In this document: positions 34,801 to 47,959 of the stretch, piece by piece
Layout: each line of letters begins with the position of its first letter
Numbering within the stretch: position 1 is the stretch's first letter
Origin: Paragordius varius
Taxonomy: Eukaryota > Animalia > Nematomorpha
Direction: 5' to 3'
DNA: 64,000 nucleotides
Assembly (NCBI GenBank): GCA_964247055.1
Contig: OZ176050.1
Coordinates: 10,478,001-10,542,000, forward strand
Notes under the pieces: model-generated
Told to the model about the DNA's origin: nothing
Databases searched by the model: none
Seen by the model: only the letters and a program-made list of their open reading frames with translations
Program-made: the position numbers and the translations under genes

Positions 34801-37800
34801 AAAATTAATGGTTTAATGATGGGAAATATTAATACATTTGTAGTTTTTCCTCAATACCCATTAACTTTACTAATAATATTCGTTATTATTCAACGATATT
34901 TTACACATTCAATCAAACAAACTAATATAAACTCTAGGGCACTGTTTATATTACATAAATAATACAAACAAACCTTTTATTTGTACGGACTTGAACTGTA
35001 AGAATATCAGAGTGAAGTTTAAGGAAATCATTAATGTCAACTTTTTTGTTGTCGTATCCCTTCACGAAAAGCATTGATTTATTTCGGGAAACTAACAGGA
35101 CAAAAGTAAAAAAAGTTAAAAAGGTAATACATAAAATTAAAATTGCGATTAAAAAATTAATTTTAGATGAATGGTACCTGTTCGTTCCTTGATTTTTTGC
35201 AATAAAGCGGGTGACATGGTATGTTTACCAGCTAAATATATATAATAAAATAATTAAATCGCCCCATACAAAATAAACTTAAAGCCATATAATATTTTAA
35301 AATTATAAAATGATACATAACATAAAAATAAAGTTGTAAATATAATAACCTTTGTCCTGGGATTGTGATTGTTGTTCTGTTTTTTGTCCTTCAAAAAATT
35401 CTGAAGCAGGAGCTTTACCTTTCTGAGCAGCCTTTTTATCTTGGACGTGGGGTGTTGCGTTAGAATCTACTTTATTTTTTTTCGTTTTATTTCCTTCTTT
35501 AGTTTCGGTAGGTGCTGATTTCTGGTTTGGTGTTTCATCTTTTGCAATAGTTTATATAAATATTATAACTAAAAAATGTGCTTTTTAAAACGCATGAAAA
35601 AGAAGAAAAAATTTATTTAACTTTTTGATGATGATTTTTAAAATCATTAATAAAAAATCAGGTTTTATGGCTTTTTTTCAAATTTTTTTTAGATAATGTT
35701 ACCTTCACGTTTCCTTTTTTGTTGTGTTTGTTGAGGAGTTTTAGCATTAGGGATCTATAGATTATAAAATTAAAGATTTACTAATTATTGCAAATAATTT
35801 TTGTTGTATTAATATTATTTTTGTTTTTATGTGTGTATAAAAATACATTTGAGTTTTGCTATTGATGTTGACTTAAGGTACAGATTTTGTAATATAAAAA
35901 AACGTTTAAGATAGAATAATTTAAAACATCCATAAAAATTAATCATCGTTAATAGTCAAAAGTGTTTTAACTAAGTTAACATTCCTTAAATTATTATCAC
36001 CATTATACAAAAATGTCATACATATTAATTTAATAATAATTTAAAATTCAGAACAAAAGCTTTAATTTTAAAATTAACGAAAACGCCAAATGTTAATTAT
36101 AAAATATCATTTCTTTTTATTCAATATTATCTTATAAAATTTGGCACGTTAATATTTGTTTAACCAGTAAAAAATATAATTATTTGGGTAAACATGTTGC
36201 AGAACCTAAGATAAAAAAGTAAAATCTTATTTATTGAATAATAATACTCATAAATTTACGTTTTGATTCTTTTTGTCCGGGATTTGTTTTTGTTTCTTAT
36301 CGGCATCTAAACACAGATATAAAAGAAGTGTGTTAAATCCAAAAATGTGTATAAATATATCTGGAGTAGAATGCAATTTTTGATTTCAAAATCATGTGAT
36401 TTACGCAATTAACAAACCATTTTCATACGCCTTGTATACCAATCCTAAAATGTGGCTTATATCTTAATAATAACATGCACGTGCTTTTACGCGTGTTATA
36501 AAAATAAGATTGAAATAGCTATTAAAATGGTAAAAACCGACCTGTTATAAATTAATTATAAAGTTTGTGAGAATAAAATATCATCATAAAGGGTAGGACT
36601 CCGGTTCATAAAGATATTCTATTCATAATAATTATACTTCATGGTAACCTGAGGCGATATTTACGTAAAGTCCCTTGTGTACAACTAATGATTTTACACA
36701 TCATTAAAAACTGGCCTTTGCAGTTAGCGCATTTTTATAACGCAGCCAACACCACCCAAAGGTGGCAATAGGACTTATGAAATAAAGCAACTATATATAC
36801 AAAGGCATACGGATGTATTAAATTAAGCAAACTTTTCAGAAATAATTTAATACGGGAGTAGAAAAACTGAAAGGACATAATGACTGTTTTTCTTGTTTCC
36901 TTCGGAGTATAGAAAGCAATAATTATAGAGTTGTCGAGATCAAAATATGAAAATTAAAAACTTGTTAGATAACTTTTTAAAGTTACAATATTGAATTAAA
37001 ATATACCTTCAACTTTGGGTTGTTTTACGGACTTAAAAATGACATTATCTAACAACTAAAATTATTATCAGGCAATTTAAAGTTTTTGGAAAATCACGTT
37101 ATTGGTCTAAAATCTTAAAAATTACCCTCATAATATTAACTAAACAAGTTTCTTTTTTATATATTTATTTTACTCACAAACTTACCTAGAATAAATATAA
37201 AAAGAAGGATAACATATATTTGTATAAAAGGAAGTATCGATATCTCAATAGATGATGTCAGCTAAACTGAAATGGTTAAAATAAGTAAAATATATATTAA
37301 ATTATTGGTGGTCAGACAATTTCAGATTTAGAAAAAATGTTTATACAATGGCAACAACAGCTAACCAAATTTGGATTCAAAATAAATGAAAATAAAAGTA
37401 AAATTCTGATAACGGGCGAACCCCACAATAATAATTATATGCTCATGCGGAGTTTGCGGATTAAATGTTGGATTTGATTCTATTCTCTGCATGTAAAAAA
37501 TGGTGTCACAAAAAATGTACAAAATTACCGGCAAACTATCCGAACAGATAAATTTCAAATGCGAATCATGCGTGCAGCATTCACCTTCCCCATCAATTAA
37601 GCACATAGTCCTTAAAAACTAAAGCTTTGAAGTGGTAACCGAGTTTACCTATCTTGGCGACAAAATAACATCAGACTCATCAAACAATAGCGCAATAAAT
37701 GCAAGAATAAATCGTACTTGGGGAAAATATTATCAGCTAAAATACATACTAAAATAAAAGCACATATCCCTCAAAACAAAAGGCTTAATTAAAAAAAGCA

Positions 37801-40107
37801 AAAGATAAGTTTTGACATATGCCACAGAAACCATGGCATTGACACAAACTCAAGAGAAACGTTTCACCAGCGCGGAAAATCGCATACTATGCCTGATGTC
37901 AACGCAATCAAGATATCCGCAATCACATACAAATGGAGCCAATAGACAAATTCATTCAATTCAAAAGAATGAGGTACTACGATCACCTTGACCGTATGAA
38001 TCCTGACAATCCAATCAGGACCTCATTCCACCCGGGAACAATAAGCCCGGTGCCCACGTTTAACCTAGGCTAAAAAGATTCTGGATTTCCAACAACTCAA
38101 ACTGCTAAAAACAGACTGTATTGATAAAGAACTATTTCACAAAAAGCTGGATAGCTTATGGTGCACCATCAAAGCTTAATGTTAAACAACAACTTTTTTT
38201 AAAAAAAACAAATCTTGATGGAAAAATCAAGGATGTCCACAACAAATATTCGCGGGCCCTATTCGCAAAATATATGGAACTTGAATATTTTATTAGATTT
38301 AAAACATATGACTGTAAAAACTATTGTTAATTAACACTTCATTGCCAAAATTCGGGAAGAATTTAAAAAATTTGTTTTAAAAATATCATTTTAGTTAATT
38401 TTGTATTTGAACATTCTCACGGGTTGCAAAAACATTTTAGAAAGTTGGGTGTTGGGCATTGCAGTTATGGCAAAACTAATTAAAATACCTTAAAGTAAAT
38501 GGGGTACTTGGTTTAGGGAATATGAAAATTGATAACGTATTATGATAATTTTACTAATTATTAACAACTTAAATTTATATAACCACTTGCAATTGTGATT
38601 TTAGAGTTTAAATAACGCTATTATATACTATAAAATTAAAGGTAAATTATTATATACTATTATTAGTTTGTTGTTTTCCATTTTGGTGTTGTGGTTTTTT
38701 TGGCGGCTCGCCATTTTCTGTTTCGCTTTCATCATTGTCATCGTCATCATCTTCGTCAAAATCGAAATCGTCTGCTTCTTCGTCCTCATCGTCTTCCTCC
38801 AAATCACCTGATTCATCCTCCTCCTCATCATCATTATCAATTTCTTCTGTTATTGAACAATCAATGTATAAAAATAATTTTTTTTAAAAAACGAATCAAT
38901 AAGCGTAACGTCAATAATTTTAGTCATCGTATTATTAAAATTAATGTAAACTGTATGAAATAAATAAAAATTTTAATAGACTGTAGCTTATATGTGGATT
39001 TATTATTTATTCAAATCGTATCAAAATAACTTTCAGTAAAAGCATAAATCGTAAACTGAATCGATTTTTTTTTAAATGAATCATGAAAGGAAAAAAAATA
39101 CTATGGCGGAAAAATGCCCATTATTAAAAAATTTAAAACTTAAAAAAAAAATCGCTTTTTAAGCCTGATTTAGGATATAAAGCTTTTCTTCTTAATAGGA
39201 AATTTTTATTAATATATTAAAATAACTAAAAATTTAAGCATGGGCCGAAACTATTAAGTAACCAAAACATTTTATAAACTGCTAATACTGTTGTTAAAAA
39301 AATCAAGACACCTATTTAAACTTAAAATTTGGTGCTGTCTTTATCGATTATTTATTCCAAACATTTAATAACATCTAAGGCCCGAATTTCCGTTAGTTAA
39401 TAAAAATTATTGTTTACTAAACGATGTAAAATAATGGCAATTTTAAGGTACATCTTAAAATTATAAACCATCGTCGTCGTCATCTAAATCAAAATCATCT
39501 TCATCATCGTTGGAATCCTCTTGTTTTTTCTTAGTGCCATTCATAGCAGCTTTACTGTTACCCATTTCCTCTTCACTTTCTATAAAAATAAATAAAATAT
39601 TGAAATACAGTTAGGAAGAGAAACATTTTTCAGTAAAAGACAAAGATTTTCAAAAATTTAAAACCGGAATCGTGTCTCAAAAATTTATATTTTTTATTTT
39701 ATTGTAAAATATGTACCTATTTCGTCAAATTCTTCGGCTTCATCATCTAACAAAGATTCATCGTCAGAAAATTCTTCTTTCTTCTATAGTTTTACATATA
39801 ACCAAATGTAATACTTGAAATTTGTTTTTCTTCTGATTAAATTTATTTTTCTGATTATTAAATTTATTTTTTTGATTGCTTTGGTTCTTTTTAAAAGAAT
39901 TGTTAGAACTTTTATTAAAACCACCTTGCTTGCCATTAAAATGGGGAGATTTGTCAAATTTTTTAAACTTTTGAGCGGAATTGGATTGAGGCTTCATTTT
40001 CTTATTATTATTAAAGGGAGTAGATTTATGTCTGTTTTGAAAACTATTTGAGTGTTTGTTGACTGATTTCGGTGTTTTAACCTATAATTATAAGGAAACT
40101 CAACCAT
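31880..40107 (-). CDS. Nucleolin-like RNA-binding protein: basic N-terminus, D/E tracts, two RRMs, acidic C-terminal tail; about 17 exons
   Basis: Phase-consistent exons: ATG 40107-40105, 40081-39815, 39783-39717, 39579-39468, 38846-38658, 37048-37007, 36306-36260, 35754-35703, 35538-35350, 35231-35178, 35091-34974 (LFVKGY), 34562-34429, 34094-33962 (IYVHCF), 33738-33467 (GFKYAFVKF), 33351-33295, 33164-32925, 32491-32417, 31962-31880. Orthology to nucleolin is inferred from architecture only. Confidence 0.8.
37400..38110 (+). mobile_element. Decayed RTE-like non-LTR retrotransposon 3' fragment, antisense within an RRM-gene intron
   Basis: FEVVTEFTYLGDKIT..AINARINRTWGKY..ISLKTK and VLTYATETMALTQTQEKRFTSAENRIL, with stops and frameshifts. 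Confidence 0.75.
38228..38462. mobile_element. Degenerate hAT-like MITE related to the 1348 and 4891 copies
   Basis: caaggatgtccacaacaaatattcgcgggccctattcgc resembles the left end of the 1348 copy; the right end has cacgggttgc...gttgggcattg. Confidence 0.4.
39784..40104 (-). other. Two micro-introns (23 and 31 nt) at the 5' end of the RRM gene
   Basis: 40104-40082 gttgagtttccttataattatag directly follows the ATG and gives M|VKTPK. 39814-39784 gtattacatttggttatatgtaaaactatag joins KFQ to KKEEFSDDE. Confidence 0.75.
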
Positions 40108-41508
40108 TTTGAATTGAAGCTAAGGGAAGCGTGAATCAAACTGCAAATAGTGAAAACAACGTTTAATTTTTAAAATGAATTGAAAAATATTTCTGTCAAA
40201 AAAATATATAGAATATTTCAATTAACATATTATCAAGCAAAAAATATTAAAAGAATTTAACGAAAATTTGGTTTATAACTAAATAATTTATACTAAAATA
40301 AGATTAATTAAAATTTATCTCTACCGGCTTTATAATTATCCCATAAACAAAGGCTTAATATTTATATATTGATGTATATTTTAATTTTTTTAAGTTACTT
40401 TCATATTTACAATGAAGAGGCGTTAAATTTTTATATCATCTTTAGTAGCTCTAAAAAATCTAAAAGGTTTTTAATATTTATATTGGCTAAAATTTAGAAC
40501 TTCATAACCTTTCACTTTTTAGTCCTAGAATACATTTTGGGGTAATCTCCCAAAGTTCGTTTTTGAAAATAAACTACAGTTTTGGATATTTGAGTTAAAT
40601 TTTATTATTAAACACTGTTGTGTTAGATAAAAAAGCGCATATTTTACAATTTTATGACTTCTAGAGTCTAAAATTGGGACAGTTCCAAAACACAGTTTAA
40701 ACCAAAAGTATAAAATCAAAATATATCCTCTTTTTACTAGTAAAATGTGGCTTGTTTTTAAAGTTAACTATTTACATTTTTAACCGTAATATATATTTAA
40801 TTGCCTGATGCATTAACCATTTTAAATAATAGCGAGAAAAAAACTTTGAGATGTGGATTTTTTTATGATTTTACATTTTTTAATATTTTTTGTATAATGA
40901 GCCTATAAAACAAAAGAAAACATATTTGGCTTAATACCCTAAATATTTTATGATATTCTCTTTAATTTAAATTTGGACCGTTTCTTTCAGTAGTTTTTTA
41001 AAGTTATCAACTTAAATATAGTCTGAGATATTTACTACCTCAATTTATCAAAGTGTTGATAATTGGGGTAGACAGCCCCACTGTTTAAAATGAGATATTT
41101 TAAAAAAATATGGGATTTATTAAATCATTTCAAACATTTGATATAACAATCAAAATATAAATTATCAATTCATGTCTTGATATTTCATTTTATGGATAAA
41201 CTAAAAATTTAGATAAATGTGTGCACTATTTAAATAAATGCAAATTAAACTTTTTCTTCGATATTGGTGTTGACTGTGATTTTGAAACTATTACCTTTTG
41301 GGATAGTTTATTACCCAAAAGCGATTGAAGATTTTAATATATCTGAAAGTATTTAAGTTATTGTATCAATATGCTTTCTTTAGCTTTAAGGCGGAGGCTT
41401 AAAAATTTTAAATAAATAAAACTATAAAAATACTTATCTCCAACTTTCTCGCGGACATTTGTTTTCTTCTGATTTGATTATTCGCTATCACAATATGCAA
41501 ATAAATGT

Positions 41509-44500
41509 TCACTGAATGTTAAACCCAAGAAACTTTCCGGTTCCATATCGCCGACAATTTTGCGTTTTTTCTATTTTAAATGAAACTGTTTGTTTCAATC
41601 GTGTTTTGGAGTTTTCCCAGTTCTGACCTCTAGTAGTACCTTAATATAAGCTTTTTTATCTACAGAAGATATTTTAATTTTTAACCAAAAAACTTTGAAA
41701 ACAATAATTTACTTATTTTAAGCTCTGGGTATATAATAACTGCAAAATCTAATCTTTTACAAACAAACTGGGTAATGTTTACGCTCCATAATTTTTTAAT
41801 AGTGTTCAATATCCGAGCGAATTGAAATTCGCATATCTTTAAAAGTAATTAAGGTATTGAGCCAGCTAAAAATACGTTTGCTTGGACTTTTAGGCGCATT
41901 ATAGAAATTTTTTTAAAAAAATTTTTGAAAAATGTTCATCTCTTTATCGCCGCTCTTTTTTTCTATAAATTTTTTTAAATCGCTAATAAACAGGTAAACA
42001 AATGTTATTGGAGATAAAATGTAAATAATTTTAAAAGCTGGCTACATATTACTAGCAAAACCTGATATATTGCTGATATTAATATCAGCAATTTGTTTCT
42101 ATCGTGTTTTAGAGCTGTCCCATTTTTAGCTAGAAGTCATAAAATGTATAAACTTTACTACATGAGACCAATGTTTGATAATTACATTTAAAACAAAATA
42201 ACTTTTAAAACAGTAATTTAATTACATAATTGAGCGCTGCGATATTAAAACCCAATATGTCAACTAGGACAAAAAATTAAAATGGTCGACATTTCAGATC
42301 TCTCATAATTTAAATAGACCTTTTTAAATAAAATAATCTTTATTATATTGGCTAAAAGACCGCATACTATATATAAGTGGAGATTTTTTCTAAAACGATT
42401 AATTAAATTTATACATCTATCCTAATAAAAATTTTATACATAAGCCAAAATATCTAAATAAAATTTAGTTTTGAAAAAAGTTCCATATAAAACTTCTTCA
42501 AGGCCATTTTTATTTTACAATATTTTTGCAAAATATGTGTTTATTTGATTTTAACGCCTAAATTAAAACTAATTTTATATTTGAATCACATCTAACGTTG
42601 ATATAAACAGAAAAGGTGCTTTATTTTGCATTTATTTATTTAGCTAATGCACACATTATGTTAACTAAATTTTCACCTAGAAGTTTATCTATAAAATAAG
42701 TATTATCAAGTTTTTTTAAATGAATCCTTTTTGATATTTCGGTGCATCAATATATCAGTGCAAACTTTAGCAATGGTTTTAATTAGTTCCATATTTTTGG
42801 AAATATTGGATTAAGCAAGTCTCGGATCCCCAAAGACATTAATATATATTGGAGGACTGAAATGGGTGTATTTTATCCAAGAAAGAACATAAATTTAAAT
42901 TGGCTTTCAATACTTTAAAAATAAAATTTAAAGTTGGCCTGGATCCAGTTATCCCGATTTGTATTAACGTTTTACGACAAGCAATTAAACAATTATTGTG
43001 GTTAACAAATAAATTACATCTTAAAAGAAATTTGATAGTTGTTGATTGAATTAGTTTCTTCCAATCGGGTTTTGGATCTATTCCAATTTCAGACACTCTA
43101 AGTTCAAATTTGAAATAAAAAAATTTTTCTTATACAGAAGAATTATGTTTGCTATTATTTGACCAAAACAGCATTTAAAATAGCTTATTTGCAAGTTTTA
43201 TCTCTCAATTACAAAACCAAAGTAAAAAGGAAATGAAGACATAAAGCCTTTAGATACACACTGTAGTTCATCATCTCGAGGCACATCTGTACACCAATAT
43301 AAGTTTTCAGAAAAAAACTAATAAAATATTAAATTATAAAATAATCGTTTTCTTTAAATATTATCCGGATCTTTTGTATTTTAACCATTTTAAGTATTGA
43401 AAGAAACTTTTCCACGCAAAATTATATATTTGCAGATCATGAAGATTACGACCGAATTGTTTGGTGCAATCATTTTTTTAAATAAAAATCCTCCTTAGTT
43501 TATACAAATACACTATTACCCCTTTGCTGAATTGTTATTTGGCATTTAATGAAATACTAACCAAGTATATTACTCATACTGTATATGAGAATACATCGTA
43601 ATAGACAGAATAACCACATAATCAATAGTTACAAAACAATATAGATTTTCTCCATTTATATAAGCTACTTTTGTTATAAGATCACCGGATAGGTACTCAT
43701 TACTTAATATTGTTATATATTTTATACAATACTTTATAAAATCAGCATAATATATATCCTAATTGAAAAAAAATATGTTAGAAATAATATGGTATTAGTA
43801 ATGATGTTTACGATTTAATAATAAAAATATGAACAATATACCATTTTTAGTCAAAATATATATACATTTTGCACACATTAGGCTTTTGGGCTTATTTTTA
43901 AGTTTTCGGCAAAAAACCACTAGGTATTTATACCATCACAAATTTTTAAATATCGATATAAATCGAGTGTTATAATTTAATGTTAGATAATATTATTAAA
44001 CTAGTCGACAAATTTGGACATTTTTGAGCACCCTTACTCAAAATTTTAAATTATGACTAATTTCAGTGTTCTAAAACCGAATCTGAAAAAAAATTTTGAT
44101 TCCCCCAATCAGAATTTTGAGATATTATAGGACTTTCAATTTTTCAAAAACAATGGACAATCCAAAGAAAATTAAATATAACATTATAATAAAATGTTAT
44201 TATATTATAAAATTAATATCATTTAATAAAGCGTTTTAAATTCTATCTTTTAAATATTACGGATATAAACGTCAAAATATAGTCTTTTAGGCCAATTTTA
44301 AACACGTACAACTTTATATTAAAAAATAACTAAAAGAGAAATTCTATGGTTAAAAAAAAATTAGGCTTTTAGATAGGCTATATTTATTTAAGTTTTCGAT
44401 ATTTTTGCTAGTACTTATTAGGGCTTTTCTCTTCGGTTGATTCTTACAATAATCCTCTTAGTTATACCTAGTGGATATTATTTATTTTTAAAATGATTGG

Positions 44501-47500
44501 CTGCTTTATTATTTGAATATCAGATGAGTGTTGGGCAACCACTTTTATTACCTGGATTATGGATATCCTAACATAATTTCTAAAACTTGACTTGAACTTA
44601 TCTAATCTACTTATCCGATTACATGGGGAAATCTGTCCTCTATTCTGTGAATCGGTTAATTTGGTGTCAATTTTAGATTTGCTGAAGTTAATTACGTTAT
44701 AATGAAGGTCTCTTCTACCGGCCTTTATCACCTCATTATTGTATAACTTTGCCATATCTGGCATGATTCTAGGACTGCTTGGGGGATTTTTGCAGACAAG
44801 CCATCGGGATATCATACCACACACCATATATTAGCCCTTTTCGATATTTAATATTTTTGATTTTTGGCTCTTAGCAATATATTTTACTTCTATATTAAAG
44901 TTTTGTATCCTCTTTTATTTATTACATAGATTTTTAATATATCCAATAAATTAATATTTATTTATTTATTTTATATTGTATATTTCTTTGTCAAATAACA
45001 AGCTTGCTCGATAAGTCGTATTTCTCGTTCAAAAGAGATAACAAACCTTCATCAAGCAGCGATTTCGGGCAGTATATAAAGATCGATGACATTTTCTAAA
45101 GTTCTATTATATGGATCATCAATAACATTTTCTACAGAGTCTTCGTTAATAAAAAAATCTTCTGTGGTATCGTATACTGGGGCTGGTATATTTGGATTCG
45201 TTCTAAAATTATAATAAAAACCTGGTTTTGGAATACCACTTGTATTGAATTGATTTACTCGTTTAAATATTTAAATATATGTACACAAGGAATAATTGTT
45301 TTATTAAATTTAAAAAAAATTTAAAATTAAATTTTACAAAAATCCTATTGGCGGCCTCAAATTTTTTTGTTTTGGCTTTTCCATGCCATTAAGTAACAGA
45401 AAATGCAAAAAAATGGGGTGGTTCAAAACCTTGTTGAGCAGTGTTAGTAGAAAAACACAGATTTTTTACTTTTCAATGTACAGTTGGATTAGCTGATAGT
45501 ATTGGAGAGAAGAAATTTCTTTAAACTCAGTTAAGAAATGTGTATACTTTTGTTTTAATATCAGTTATCAAATAATCTACTACTGACAATGTTTACAAAA
45601 TCCAAAGGTCTCTCAAAATACTTATTTATAATAGATAGTGTATATAAAATAGAATCAAATTTTGTTAAATTAATGATTTTTGGTACCAACGATATAAAAT
45701 TTTTTATAATTTGATTCAAAAAATCCTAAATATCATATATTTTTGATATATAAGGGTTTATTTTTTATAGATTATGCTTTACCAAAACAACGCATATTAA
45801 GCTTTGTATCGGTCTTGGTAAAGTCTTTGATGCTAGAATCTGCATTTATCCGGATGATTTGCTGCATAAACCCTTGTTTTCCAATTATAATTGGATCTTT
45901 CTCAGCTATAGTAAGAATATTTAATTATACTTTTATAAATATAATATTACAGATTAAGTAGTGGGCCTATTTGAATCCGCTAAAATTAGCAAAAAAATAT
46001 TCAAATAAAATATATTTAAATTTTTATATTTGATATATTATATACAAAAATGGAGTTTAATAGAAATGATAAAAAATTTGTTTTAAGCAAATTATCCCCA
46101 TTTGTTAATCCATAGTTGAATAGGTTTTTTAGTTAAAATATTGATTAAATTTATCGCGTGTCGTCTCATGCGTAAACCACTTCAAATGCGTTTAAAAAGA
46201 AAGATATGGATAAATTTTTTTCATATTCCATCCTCATGTAATATTAATTGCTTTATACGTTATGTGAAGACATTTGTGACATGATAATTAATAAAGAACG
46301 GCCCCCTGGATAGATAATTTCCCAAATAATAACAACGAATGGATTGAAGATTTGATTAATATTATTGGTCCTTATCAATTCTCCGTCCATTATTTTTTGT
46401 TGTTAGAGAATGATGAGGTTTTTGCTTTTTTGCCCAAAAACACCCAATTTCTCATATTATTCAAAATGTGACAGATAGATTGATAAGTACCCAAAATACA
46501 ATTAAATTACATCTGAGATTTAAGTTAATAAATTAACTTTTTTAAACTTTATATTTTTGAAGATTTAAACGGTGTAAATCCAAAAATAGAATATTAATAT
46601 ATAATAACAAAGTTTTTAAAGGAATATCTCGCTCATTGAATGTCTGTTTTGGATATATCATTTTTCATTCATTATCATGTTTAAGTCTATTTTGATGTTT
46701 ATTAACTATCATGGATACCAAAAAAGACTGTTTTTTTGGTTAGCATGTATACGTAGAGGTTAATTTTATCAATTTTATCCAGTTGTTTCATCCTCTGAAT
46801 TTGTTATCTGAAAATGTAAGCATTCTGTCATTGTGACATACTTTTGGTTAGTTGGTTGAAGATGATGTTTGATATATTCTTATTATTATTGCTATCTTAT
46901 ATCGATGGACATATCTCTATCTGCTTATATACGTAATATTCCTCTGAATTAAAAATATAAAATAATAATCATAATATAAAAAAGGGAAATGACATACTAT
47001 CTCTCTATATATATGTATCAAAGATATTTGTATATTCCAATTTTGTCATTATTCATTCCTTTTCCAAATTTAGTTAAGAAAAAATATATATATATATATA
47101 TATATATAAATATATAAAATGAAAGTTTGGTCAGTAAACTTGGTGTTATGCGAGATGTAATGTTCTGAAAAGTATTATATACTAAGGAACAGCCAAAATT
47201 TTGTAATATTATATGTACATAGATAGCATTACAATTTATATGGAAGATGTGTCGTCCCTCAGTTATATATACAGATATTATTGTGTAAAGAAACCATGCG
47301 TGGAAACATAAAACATTCATTCTAATTTGAAATCGATATTAAACTCATATATTTATACTTTTATTATTATTATTAAATGAATTTATAAACTAATGTCATT
47401 TATAAAACATTTTTGATATATATATATATATATATATATTTGGTTTTTGGAATTTTTCGGACAGATTAGTTAAATCATACCAGCTAAGTATAAGCGCATT

Positions 47501-47959
47501 ATATTTTTATGGTGATTAAGTTTTTACATGTTTAGGAATATCAAATTAAACCCCAAACCTCTGCATATCTGCCACAACGAAAACCCAAATTTGTTTAAAA
47601 ACAAACGAAAAAATTTAATAACGCTCTCATTTTTTTTATCAATTTTATCAAATTAAAATGAATAAAATAACTGAATAAAGATTTACTCGGTCCACTCGGA
47701 ATTTAAGATTATTGGTGTACGGAATTCAATTGACATCTCCATAAACAGTAAAATAGGGAATAAAATTGCAGAAGAATAAGCATTACAGTGTCTCTCACAC
47801 TACAAATTATATTATATATGAACATTTTTGCATTTTACATTTTATCCAACACAATTTGCAATTTTCTGTAATCTATTGATTATTATTTCACAAAAATTTA
47901 CCATTATCATTAGTTTTTTTGTCATCATCTGTTTTGGTTTTATTTTGTCGTCTTCCCAT
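41509..47959. CDS. Unresolved probable protein-coding region(s), unidentified
   Basis: Minus-strand candidates: first exon MGRRQNKTKTDDDKKTNDN (47959-47902), a 123-nt exon 45905-45783, the 119-aa ORF 44468-44827 and a last exon 41639-41509. Plus-strand micro-intron-like segments also occur (45542-45564, about 46759-46782). Strand and structure are ambiguous. Confidence 0.3.

Noticed and set aside
35401-35418. 18-nt GT-AG segment in an RRM-gene exon as an even shorter intron
   Set aside because: In frame, stop-free, GC-richer than the true micro-introns and encodes plausible residues (GKAPAS); no need to splice it.
36300-37000. Intronic snoRNAs in the nucleolin-like gene (vertebrate nucleolin hosts snoRNAs)
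   Set aside because: No correctly spaced C and D box pair on the host strand. An H/ACA-like arrangement near 36395-36500 is too weak to call without a covariance search.
75-40107. Alternative genetic code or non-canonical splice sites
   Set aside because: Conserved exons translate without internal stops in the standard code, and the resolved junctions are GT-AG.
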